From contig CAOKET010000002.1 of assembly GCA_948467605.1 (NCBI GenBank), positions 14,410-78,409 on the forward strand: DNA of 64,000 nt. The letters are read 5' to 3'. Position numbers and translations under genes: made by a program. Source of the DNA: an uncultured Mycoplasmatota bacterium. GTDB lineage: Bacteria > Bacillota_I > Bacilli_A > RF39 > UBA660. Below the pieces are notes generated by a model that saw nothing but the letters and a program-made list of their open reading frames with translations, was not told the DNA's origin and did no database searches. Below, in pieces: positions 46,836 to 56,188 of this stretch (positions are counted from its first letter, which is position 1; every line of letters begins with the position of its first letter).

Positions 46836-49183
46836 CTAATTATTTTGTAAAGCACGGTCTAATTTTGTTTTAAATTCATACCTTTTATTTATATTAAATA
46901 CTGATATTTGTTTAGATGAAAACTCTAATTGTTCTGGTATACTTTTTCTATCTAATTTATAAACTTTTACTTTTTCAAAAAACTCGTTTATAATATTATA
47001 TATTTTATTACTATTATCAATTAAATCTTCTGTTGAAATATTTCTTAACATACAGAATAAGTAATAGTAATTAGAAAGAGGAATATATGCATAGTTGCTC
47101 ATTGCAACTAAATCTCTAAGAGTTTTGTTTAATTTTGTTAAGAATAACTCTATTTTTTCATAAAAGTAAAGTGTTTCATCGATAGAATCTAAATAATTTT
47201 GTCTTTCTTTTTTAATTATATCTATATCTTTATACATGTATTTATCTTTTATTTCATTAAATTCTTTTAACCATTTACTTATTCTTTTACTGTCATAGTT
47301 TGAATAGTTTATACTTTCTAGATCTTTTGTATAAAATAAATATGATAATTTTAAAGTCGTTACTGCTGCAGTGTTATTTTTATTTTTCTTTGGTAAAATA
47401 ATTCCCATATACTTACTTATTTTTTCTTCTAAATATTTTATAATTTTAGCATCCATAGTAAGACTCCACATTCTATATGTATCTTCTTTTATAATAGACT
47501 TGTTTCTATTTATTCTTACATATTGATCTACTGCACTAAAACTACTATTTTCACTTTGACTAGTTGTTGATATTTTTAATTTAGTATTCATTATTTTATT
47601 AATGTAATCTTTAGAAATCTCATTTTCTTTTTTATTTGATTCATATTTTAGTCCATTAAGTTCAGTTAATATTCTTAATCCTTTTAAGGTATATCCATTT
47701 TTATTTGAATATTCTTCCTCACCTAATTCGTTCATAAATGGTTGTTGTAAAAATCCAAGCAAGCTTAAAATTCGCTGTTGGCCATCTACAATCTCGGTTA
47801 TCATGTTACCATTTTCAAACCTATCACACATTAATATATATGGTATTTTTATTCCCAGTAATATACTTTCTATTATTCTAGATGCTAGAACAGTATTCAT
47901 TACCTCTAATCTTTGATAATATGGTCTTACATTGTGACTACCTGTTTTTACTTCTACTAATAAATCAGATATTTTCATTTCCTTTGTAGTAAAACTAAAG
48001 TGTTTTCTGTGGAGTTCTTCTATACTGTTTATAATATCTATATTATTATTTATACTAACATCTTGTCTAAAATAATTACTCATATCTATGCCATACTCTT
48101 TTTCATAGTATTTTGCTACTACATAATATTTATTATATATATCCTTTTTATAGTGTGCTCTATTTGGATTAAAGTTCTTTTGCGTTTCTTCAATCTCACC
48201 AAAATATTCTAAGTATTTCATAAAATCAAACTTAAATGGATCACTAAGTTTATCTTTCCTTATAATAGATATCAACCAATATGTTGCATCTAAGAATGGT
48301 TTTGAATGAAGAATTTCATAATTATTCCATTTTTGGGTATTTACTAAATTAGTATATATTTGATTAACATTTATTATAAAATCTTGATAAATAGTATCCT
48401 TATTAACATTAATTATATTTGGAAGATAATTTTGTTCTATTCTAGTTTCAATATTATATGTCGAACAGAAATTATACATATTTGAGTAAGTAGATGCGAT
48501 TAACAATCTACAGTTTAATAAAATATTATCAATCTTATTACGTTTTTTCTTTCCATTAAAAAATCTTAATGCCTCTAATTCTTTCATAAATTCTTCATCA
48601 TTTTCAATTTTCTGTTTTATTTTACTAGTAATTTTATCCGATGCGAATTGTGCTTTTTGCATTTCTTCTATTAATAGTCTAAGTCCTGTATTATATATTA
48701 CATATAAATATTTTTCTACTTCTATTTCTTCGTCTTCATTTAAAATACTTTTACCCATTTTTACGTTATTATAACTATAGTCTAATACCTTAATAGGATC
48801 ACATTTAGAAAAGTATTGTTTTTCTATATCTGATAAAGTACTATATTTTTTACCAGATAGGAATTTAAGTTGCTTCAAACCTCTTTCATCTAATATAAGT
48901 TCATCATTATAAAAACTTTTCATTGCTAAAAATCTGTTATAGCCATCTACTATTATAGTATGATCGTTGTTTTTAAATCTTATTATTGGTTGCATAGAAC
49001 AATGTAAAAATATACTTTCTATATAACTAGTCTGTACTATTCTATTCCATTTTTTATCATTCTCAAATGGTCTTTCTATTAAATTTATTGTTTCATTTCC
49101 ACAGATTGAACACGGTGTTACATCGTGTTCATCACATATTAGATTATTTGCGATTAACGCTCTTAAATCAATTTCATCATTCA
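46836..49183 (-). CDS. Large protein with tandem DUF262 (ParB/Srx-like NTPase) domains and no recognisable nuclease domain
   Basis: Second domain canonical: RPYYQRLEVMNT...ITEIVDGQQRILSL (DGQQR). First domain degenerate: W...IESIFLHCSMQPIIRF...IIVDGYNRFLAM. N-terminal CxxC...CxxC. No HNH/DUF1524 motif seen. The start is MNDEID, with RBS GGGGGA. Confidence 0.65.
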
Positions 49184-49244
49184 TTAAAATCCCCCATTTC
49201 TTTAAAATGATTTTATATGTTATCATATTTGCTGGAGGTGATAA

Positions 49245-49258
49245 ACCGCATATATGCG
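49245..49258. promoter_or_regulatory. Perfect palindrome CCGCATATATGCGG in the divergent XRE / DUF262 promoter region
   Basis: Read directly from the sequence. It lies between RBS-like GGAGGTG and the XRE start codon, which makes it a candidate operator for the adjacent HTH regulator. Confidence 0.4.
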
Positions 49259-49264
49259 GTATTT

Positions 49265-49495
49265 ATGAATAAAGAGGAAGCATTTACTAAAGTTTTAAGG
49301 GTTTTAAGAAAAAAGAAAGGAATGACTCAGGAAAAACTTGCAGAAAAGTCATCAATTAATGAGAAATATTTTGGTCAAATTGAGCGAGGAAAAAGTATAC
49401 CTTCTTTAACAAAATTTTTCAATATATGTGATGCATTAAAATTAAAACCATCTGAAGTTATGAATCTTATCGAAGAATTGATAGTTAAGTATTAA
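49265..49495 (+). CDS. XRE-family (Cro/C1-type HTH) transcriptional regulator
   Basis: MTQEKLAEKSSINEKYFGQIERGKSIPSLTKFFNICDAL is a classic HTH_3. The start codon is uncertain (49217 or 49265). Confidence 0.7.
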   Translation: MNKEEAFTKVLRVLRKKKGMTQEKLAEKSSINEKYFGQIERGKSIPSLTKFFNICDALKLKPSEVMNLIEELIVKY

Positions 49496-49551
49496 TTTTT
49501 TTTATTTTTTTTCATATTATTTATTAAAGTTATATTTATATGGGAGGCTTA

Positions 49552-50436
49552 ATGTCAATATTTAAAGGGTCTGGTGTTGCCTTAATAACACCATTTACTT
49601 CTTCAGGTGAAGTTGATTACTGTAAGTTGAAAGAATTGGTTGAATTTCAAATTTCTAATTATACTGATGCGATTATTGTATGTGGTACCACTGGGGAAGC
49701 ATCTACTTTAAGTGAGAGAGAACATATAGAGTGTGTAAAGAAATGTGTAAGTTATGTCAATGGTAGAGTTCCTGTTATTGCTGGTAGTGGCTCTAATAAC
49801 ACAAATACTGCTATAAATTTATCTAAAGAAGCAGAGTATAGTGGTGCAGATGCTTTATTATGTGTAACGCCATATTATAATAAAACTACACAAGATGGAT
49901 TAAAAAAATACTATGAAACAATAGCAACTTCTGTTAATATTCCAATTATTATGTATAATGTTCCTAGTAGAACAGGATTAAATATATTACCAGATACTGC
50001 AATAGAACTTGCTAAGGAAGTTAGAAATATAGTTGCAATTAAAGAAGCATCTGGTGATATAAGCCAAGTTGCTAGATTATTAGAAAGTGGTACCTTAGAC
50101 GTATATTCTGGTAATGATGATCAAGTTGTTCCTACACTTTCATTAGGAGGAATTGGTGTTATATCAGTAGTTGCTAATATATTTCCTATACAGGTGCATG
50201 AAACTGTTACTAATTATTTAAAGGGCAATACTGATTTGAGTAGAGATATGCAGTTAAAAATGCTTAATCTTTGCAAGGCATTATTTTGTGAAGTAAATCC
50301 TATTCCAATAAAAAAGGCAACTCAAATATTAAATATGACTAATGGGGTATTAAGGGAACCACTAGTTGAAATGAGTACTAAAAATACTAAAATTTTATCT
50401 AAGGTTTTAAAAGATTACGTGAACAGTTCAAACTAA
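49552..50436 (+). CDS. dapA: 4-hydroxy-tetrahydrodipicolinate synthase
   Basis: GTTGEASTLS, the Schiff-base lysine in IKEASGD, and YNVPSRTG. RBS GGGAGG. Confidence 0.9.
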   Translation: MSIFKGSGVALITPFTSSGEVDYCKLKELVEFQISNYTDAIIVCGTTGEASTLSEREHIECVKKCVSYVNGRVPVIAGSGSNNTNTAINLSKEAEYSGADALLCVTPYYNKTTQDGLKKYYETIATSVNIPIIMYNVPSRTGLNILPDTAIELAKEVRNIVAIKEASGDISQVARLLESGTLDVYSGNDDQVVPTLSLGGIGVISVVANIFPIQVHETVTNYLKGNTDLSRDMQLKMLNLCKALFCEVNPIPIKKATQILNMTNGVLREPLVEMSTKNTKILSKVLKDYVNSSN

Positions 50437-50438
50437 AA

Positions 50439-50459
50439 ACCACTTAAAGTGGTCTTTTT
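50439..50459. terminator. Bidirectional intrinsic terminator between convergent dapA and ispF
   Basis: ACCACTT-a-AAGTGGT followed by CTTTTT. An A-run on the other side serves the minus strand. Confidence 0.5.
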
Positions 50460-50461
50460 CA

Positions 50462-50950
50462 TTACATATTTTTTAAACAACTTATTATAACTGTTACAAA
50501 TATTCCATTACCTTTTCCAAATTCAGTTAAACCCTCTCCTGTTGTTGCAGTTATACCTATATTTTTTTCTTCTATGTTTAATAAACTTGATATTTGTTTT
50601 TTCATTTCATTTATTTTAGGAGAAAACTTTGGTTTTAGTCCCTCTATTGATATTGCTATATGAAGTATTTTTGTGTTATTATCCATATATTTTAGTGCTT
50701 CTTTAACATATTTTCTACTATCAGTTATTCCACTTTTACACATTTCATCCGCTATTTTACCTAGAATATTTACACCTGTAATACTTGATATTGCATTTGT
50801 TAAGGCATGTAATAAAACATCTCCATCACTATTTGCTTCTAAGGAAAAATCACAGTCAAATTCTACTCCGCCTATTATTAATGGTTTATATTTTTCGTTT
50901 GTAATCCTATGACTATCTTGTCCTATTCCTGTTATACATATATTATTCAT
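50462..50950 (-). CDS. ispF: 2-C-methyl-D-erythritol 2,4-cyclodiphosphate synthase
   Basis: GIGQDSHR...LIIGGVEF...SDGDVLLHALTNAI matches IspF metal/substrate motifs. Start at MNNICITG, with RBS GAGAGGT. Confidence 0.85.
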   Translation of the reverse strand: MNNICITGIGQDSHRITNEKYKPLIIGGVEFDCDFSLEANSDGDVLLHALTNAISSITGVNILGKIADEMCKSGITDSRKYVKEALKYMDNNTKILHIAISIEGLKPKFSPKINEMKKQISSLLNIEEKNIGITATTGEGLTEFGKGNGIFVTVIISCLKNM

Positions 50951-50969
50951 AAACTTACCTCTCAAAAAC

Positions 50970-51707
50970 TTATTCTCTAAATAATTCATTTTGCATTTTA
51001 TCTGGATTTTCTAAGAACATTTTATATACTTGATATATTTCTGTATCTTTATAGTTTATTTCATTAAAATTATTATTTAAATCGTATATTATACTATTCC
51101 TGTATGCGATTAAAATTGGAGAATGTGTTGCAATTATGAACTGGCTTCCATTTTTAACTAAATTATCTATTAAACTAAGCAAAGTCATTTGTCTTATTGG
51201 TGATAATGCTGCTTCTGGTTCATCTAAGATATAAAGTCCGTTATCAGAAAATCTATTTTGAACTACTTTTATAAATGCTTCTCCATGTGAACACTTATGT
51301 AAATCCCCTCCATAATATCTATATATTGGTAATGATTCTTCACTAATTTTTTCTATTTCAGTTGCCACATTGTAAAAACTTTCTGCTCGTAAAAAATACT
51401 TAGTTTGTGGTACTCCTAGTTTACTTACTTTTAGATATTTATATAAATCGGAATGAGTATTATTTGTTTTAAAATTAAAGTTTTGTGTTCCCCCTTCTGG
51501 ATTTAATCCACAAGAAATTGCTAGTGCTTCTATAAATGTTGACTTACCTATACCATTTTCACCTATTAAGAATGTAACTGGTGAAGTTAATCTTAACTCA
51601 TCAAAATTTTTAATTATTTCTATATTAAATGGATATATATCAAAATCTTCTATCTTTTCTTTATCAAGTCTTATATTATTTACAAATAAACTATTATCAC
51701 GTTTCAT
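50970..51707 (-). CDS. Small stand-alone ABC-type (AAA_21-like) ATPase
   Basis: Walker A GENGIGKST, Walker B LYILDEPEAALSP, H-loop IIATHSP. 245 aa, no transmembrane partner. Confidence 0.6.
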   Translation of the reverse strand: MKRDNSLFVNNIRLDKEKIEDFDIYPFNIEIIKNFDELRLTSPVTFLIGENGIGKSTFIEALAISCGLNPEGGTQNFNFKTNNTHSDLYKYLKVSKLGVPQTKYFLRAESFYNVATEIEKISEESLPIYRYYGGDLHKCSHGEAFIKVVQNRFSDNGLYILDEPEAALSPIRQMTLLSLIDNLVKNGSQFIIATHSPILIAYRNSIIYDLNNNFNEINYKDTEIYQVYKMFLENPDKMQNELFRE

Positions 51708-51715
51708 TATTCCAC

Positions 51716-52339
51716 CTATAAATTAAATTTTTTATTATAATTATTTATATAATTAGGAAATTTATTAAACCAATTATCAAATTCATTCACATAATCAAAT
51801 TGATATAGTTTATACTCCCCAGTATTCGTACATCTTTTAAACTTTAGATTTAAAAAACTTTCTATGAACTTTTGTCCATCACTTGTTTGACCTTCTGCAC
51901 ACATATTTAAAAAGAAAATATTTCTACTTTGTAAATGTTTTATTTTTTCATAAAGTCCTTTTAATAATAAACTTAGTATTGTTCTATCGCTTCTATAGTT
52001 TTTATCTATTGCAATTGTTGAAAATAGTAGATAATAGTTGTTGTTATCTTCATAATTTATTAAAGTATTTTCATTAATATCAGTATCTTCTAGATTATTA
52101 TTCATAAAATCAGTAAACTGTTTTTCTGATAATGGTAATAGTGTTATTTCTCCTACTATTTTATCAATATCTAGGTTTCTTACAAATATATGTATGTCAT
52201 GATTTAGTTCTTCCCATTTTATTGTTTGTTCTATGCTAGCAATAGATTCATCATTTAAGTATTCTTTTTCAATGTAGTACACATCTTCGAAATCTTTATC
52301 TTTGTGTTTATATTCTAATCTATATTTCATAATTATCAC
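51716..52339 (-). CDS. Hypothetical protein, possibly GNAT-fold
   Basis: LLFSTIAIDKNYRSDRTILSLLLKGL weakly resembles GNAT motif A. Low confidence. Confidence 0.3.
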   Translation of the reverse strand: MIIMKYRLEYKHKDKDFEDVYYIEKEYLNDESIASIEQTIKWEELNHDIHIFVRNLDIDKIVGEITLLPLSEKQFTDFMNNNLEDTDINENTLINYEDNNNYYLLFSTIAIDKNYRSDRTILSLLLKGLYEKIKHLQSRNIFFLNMCAEGQTSDGQKFIESFLNLKFKRCTNTGEYKLYQFDYVNEFDNWFNKFPNYINNYNKKFNL

Positions 52340-52362
52340 ATCTCTACTTTTTGAGTATGGTA

Positions 52363-52977
52363 TTATCTTTCTATAATATCAGCAATTTGTTTCATTAGTT
52401 TATCTTTTTCATCTTCTTGGTAGTATCCTTCTATTTTTCCTACTTGTTTGCCATCTTTAAAGAAAAGTAATGCGGGTAATTCTTTGATATTATATTTTTT
52501 TAATAAATTATCATCCTTAACTTCAATTTTTCTATATCTGGTATTTTCACTAAAGGCATTTGCAATTTCTTTTACTCTTATAGATTTAAGTAAACACATT
52601 ATCGAATCATCATTGTATAATTCTATAATTAAAGGACGATTATTACTATCTTTTTTTAGGTCTATTTCTTGTTCACTACCAGCCATTGCTAAATCTATTA
52701 GTTTTCCACCATATCTTTCTACTAACAAATCATTTATTGTTCTTGGATCATCTTCAAATTCTTTTTTTATCTTCTCATATTCCTCATTATTCTTGGCTAC
52801 TCTAATCGCTGAAACCATACATGCTTTCTCACATAATCCACAACTAATACACTTGCTATTGTCAATTTCTACACATTGTTTTTCCTCATTCCAAGAAAAA
52901 ACTTTTTGTGGGCAAACAGCCATACCACTACATGCCTTATCATTGTCACATATTTTAAAATTAACTAATACTGCCAT
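52363..52977 (-). CDS. Fusion of a 4Fe-4S ferredoxin domain with a thioredoxin-fold domain
   Basis: N-terminus has CDNDKAC...C and CISCGLCEKAC (CxxCxxC). The C-terminus ends ...IKELPALLFFKDGKQVGKIEGY, a thioredoxin-like beta-alpha-beta tail, but no CxxC redox pair is seen there. Confidence 0.5.
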   Translation of the reverse strand: MAVLVNFKICDNDKACSGMAVCPQKVFSWNEEKQCVEIDNSKCISCGLCEKACMVSAIRVAKNNEEYEKIKKEFEDDPRTINDLLVERYGGKLIDLAMAGSEQEIDLKKDSNNRPLIIELYNDDSIMCLLKSIRVKEIANAFSENTRYRKIEVKDDNLLKKYNIKELPALLFFKDGKQVGKIEGYYQEDEKDKLMKQIADIIER

Positions 52978-53378
52978 TATAATCCTCTCCCTTTTTTAGT
53001 TTCTTTATCTAAATAATTAATTCCATTTTTATTTTTACCTTTTCTATTCTTTCCTTGAATCAATAAATGATCTTCCCCATATTCTTTTAAGTATATTAAA
53101 CTGTATCCCTTAATGCCTTTCTTTACTTTAATTTTTAATGGTGGAAGATTTTTATCCAATATTTCATCCCAAGAAAATATTATACTATCATTTTCTTCTA
53201 TTACTAAATCTGCGTGGTCCATCCAATATTTAATACTACTTTGTGAAATATCAGTATGTTTAGCATAATCTGAAATTGATGATTCTTTTAATTTTTTTCT
53301 AAAATCACACATTAAAGCATCTGCTGGACATGACTCTTCATTTGCTGGGGTTTTAATTTTTCTTATTTGGTTACTCAT
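52977..53378 (-). CDS. Hypothetical protein (133 aa), translationally coupled to the cysteine desulfurase
   Basis: 4-nt overlap with the upstream nifS-like gene, 1-nt overlap with the downstream gene. Lys/Gly-rich C-terminal tail. Confidence 0.4.
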   Translation of the reverse strand: MSNQIRKIKTPANEESCPADALMCDFRKKLKESSISDYAKHTDISQSSIKYWMDHADLVIEENDSIIFSWDEILDKNLPPLKIKVKKGIKGYSLIYLKEYGEDHLLIQGKNRKGKNKNGINYLDKETKKGRGL

Positions 53379-54517
53379 AAATTTTTTCTCCTTAGCATAT
53401 TTACAATACTAACTAGTCTTTTTATGAGAATATCTATCTCTTCTTTAGTATTATCTTTACTTAAACTTATTCTTATTGGACTATAATTATCCAAATCAGC
53501 ATTACAAGCAACTAAAACATGGGATGGTTCTGCTAGTTTAGAATTACATGCTGAACCAGTTGATATAAATATATTAAATGATTCAAGCATTAACAATAAT
53601 TCATTGGCGCTTACACCCTTAAATGCAATACTTGATGTGTTAGGTAATCTGTTTTCTAAATCCCCGTAAATAATAACATCATCAATATTATTTTTAATTT
53701 CATTTTCCATATAATCCCTAAGTTCTTTTAAGGTGTTATTTACTTTATAATTATCATTTATAATTAATTCTGCTGCCTTACCTAATCCAACTATATATGG
53801 AACATTTTCAGTACCACCACGTCTATTATTCTCCTGATGTCCAAATATTAATGGAGTAAAATTTGTTCCATTTTTGACATACAAAACGCCTATTCCTTTA
53901 GGAGCATGAATTTTATGACCTGATAATGAAAGTGTATCCATATTTAAATCTTTAACGTCTATTTTAACTTTACCAATTGCTTGAACTGCATCACAATGGA
54001 ATAAAATATTCTGTTCTTTTGCAATTTCATCTATTTCTTTTATAGGGTATATATTACCAATTTCATTATTTGCCATCATAACTGATATTAAGCATGTATC
54101 GTTAGTTATTTTAGATTTTAATTCTTCTAAATCTAATTTTCCATTTTTATCAACAGATAAATATGTAATATTATATCCATTATTCTCTAAGTTTTTCATC
54201 GTTTCTAAAATAGAAGCATGTTCTACTTTAGTAGTAATTATATGCTTTTTATTAGGATTATTTTTAACAGCGCTCATAATAGCAGTAACATTACTTTCAC
54301 TAGCGCAACTTGTAAATATAATTTCATCTTCTTGAGCATTTAGTAATTTAGCAATATTTTTTTTAGAATTTTTTATTTTCTCAGTTACATCTTTTCCAAA
54401 TGAATAAATGCTACTAGGATTACCATATTGACTTTTTAAATATGGTAACATTGCTTCTAGTACTTCATCATCAACTTTTGTAGTTGCATTATTATCTAAA
54501 TATATTTTTTGGTTCAT
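53375..54517 (-). CDS. nifS: Cysteine desulfurase (NifS/IscS class V aminotransferase)
   Basis: PLP-lysine SGHKIHAPKGIGVLY, the catalytic Cys loop GSACNS, and N-terminal YLDNNATT. Confidence 0.9.
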   Translation of the reverse strand: MNQKIYLDNNATTKVDDEVLEAMLPYLKSQYGNPSSIYSFGKDVTEKIKNSKKNIAKLLNAQEDEIIFTSCASESNVTAIMSAVKNNPNKKHIITTKVEHASILETMKNLENNGYNITYLSVDKNGKLDLEELKSKITNDTCLISVMMANNEIGNIYPIKEIDEIAKEQNILFHCDAVQAIGKVKIDVKDLNMDTLSLSGHKIHAPKGIGVLYVKNGTNFTPLIFGHQENNRRGGTENVPYIVGLGKAAELIINDNYKVNNTLKELRDYMENEIKNNIDDVIIYGDLENRLPNTSSIAFKGVSANELLLMLESFNIFISTGSACNSKLAEPSHVLVACNADLDNYSPIRISLSKDNTKEEIDILIKRLVSIVNMLRRKNL

Positions 54518-54652
54518 AGTTATATCACCTAATATAATAATATCATATTTTATATGTTTATTGATAATGTTGATTATGTTTTTATTGTTTTTTAATATTA
54601 TTTTTAATTAGTAAAAAATAAATACATGATTTATTATTTCCATGTATTTACG

Positions 54653-55219
54653 TTAGTTATTTAGTATTATAAATTTATATATTTCTCCCCAATTATTTAC
54701 ATTAATTAAGTATTTATTTTCTTCTACTTTGTTTGAAGCATTATTTTTAAAATATAGTGCATAAATATTATTTTTTGATGCATTTATACAAATATTTTCA
54801 TCATCATCAATAACATAGTCTACATTTTCTTCAATAAATCTATCGATTTTGTTATGTTCATTATTATATATCTTTATATCTGATAGACCAATTGAATCTA
54901 GTTTTTTCTTTGCATATTCAGTTTCAATATCGTTTCTTGCAGTTACTATTATAAGTTCAAATCTTTCATTTAATTTTGGTAATACAATTTCACAACCTGT
55001 CATCATATTCGCAGTAGTTAGTATTTCTCTTGAATTTTTATTATAAAAGTTATCTAATTCTTCTTTACTCCAATTATATCTTTGTTGAAATAAACGTATA
55101 GAGTTATCAATTACAGAATTTTGTTTTTTTACATCTGTATCATATATTTCAGTGTATACTCTATATAAATTTTCTGAATCAAATACTACCCCGTCTAAAT
55201 CAATTGCTATTTTTTTCAC
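54653..55219 (-). CDS. HAD-superfamily 5'(3')-deoxyribonucleotidase-like protein
   Basis: MKKIAIDLDGVVFD (DxDxV motif I), IIVTARN (motif II-like), and a C-terminal DDD metal motif. Confidence 0.55.
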   Translation of the reverse strand: MKKIAIDLDGVVFDSENLYRVYTEIYDTDVKKQNSVIDNSIRLFQQRYNWSKEELDNFYNKNSREILTTANMMTGCEIVLPKLNERFELIIVTARNDIETEYAKKKLDSIGLSDIKIYNNEHNKIDRFIEENVDYVIDDDENICINASKNNIYALYFKNNASNKVEENKYLINVNNWGEIYKFIILNN

Positions 55220-55236
55220 AATAATACCTCACATTT

Positions 55237-56166
55237 TTAATTTTGCATACTCATACTTATTTTTTCTAATAAATCTTTATATTCTTCAGAAATTTCTGGT
55301 AAATATTTTAATTTATAAAAAAATTCATCAGTAGTGTGAGATGCTCTTAGTAATTTTTCTCTTCTTGAAACATAACTATTTGTAATTAAATAATTACATG
55401 TTATAAACTTAGCATTATGTGTCAATATAAATTCTAACACTCTTAATATTTTTTCAAAGTTTCTAGTTGTCATTTTAAAACAATCTGTGACAAATACACT
55501 ACTTTCCTTATTTTTAATTCCTTCTAAATAGTTGCATAAAGAAGAATTAAACTTTTCACTTATTCCGCTTTCGTAATTTTTAATTTCCATAGCTTTGCTT
55601 TTATTTTGTTCAAGTTCTTCTATTTCATATGGTTTATCTATTTTTACTGGTTCGTATTTATGTTCTCTTTTGCCATTATTGCACTTTGATAATTCTACTA
55701 AGGATTTCATTGCCACTTTATATTTTGAAGATATTTCTCTGTAAAAATCATAATCTGGTTTTATTTGTGTTGCAAGTTGCTCTAAATTTATTTTTGAAAA
55801 ATATTCAATTGCCTCACTAGTAATTATTTTTATTGAAGAATCATCTAAATATACTGACGATCCATACTCAAGGTAACTTTTGCTACTAACTCCCTCTAAC
55901 AAACTATTTCTTATTGTAACTACAACCATATTAGCGATTTGTCCATTCTTAGGTTCGTAAAAATTACCCTCTTCACTTCCTAAAATTAATATAGAATCTC
56001 TAAATTCAATATCGTTCCAATTTGATATAAGTGAATTTAATTGTTCTTTAACATTATCTACTATATTATATAATGCTGTATTTGAAATTTTGAATTTTTG
56101 TAATTGCTTTCTTAAAATATTCCATACGTAATAATCTATTGGATTATTTTTCATTTTACTTTTCAC
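55237..56166 (-). CDS. Hypothetical protein (309 aa)
   Basis: ORF only. Confidence 0.4.
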   Translation of the reverse strand: MKSKMKNNPIDYYVWNILRKQLQKFKISNTALYNIVDNVKEQLNSLISNWNDIEFRDSILILGSEEGNFYEPKNGQIANMVVVTIRNSLLEGVSSKSYLEYGSSVYLDDSSIKIITSEAIEYFSKINLEQLATQIKPDYDFYREISSKYKVAMKSLVELSKCNNGKREHKYEPVKIDKPYEIEELEQNKSKAMEIKNYESGISEKFNSSLCNYLEGIKNKESSVFVTDCFKMTTRNFEKILRVLEFILTHNAKFITCNYLITNSYVSRREKLLRASHTTDEFFYKLKYLPEISEEYKDLLEKISMSMQN

Positions 56167-56188
56167 CTTCTTATTTTTTTGTTACAAT

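Noticed and set aside
49496-49551. L-box (lysine) riboswitch upstream of dapA
   Set aside because: Only ~55 nt separate the XRE gene stop from the dapA RBS. That is far too short for the ~180-nt L-box aptamer.
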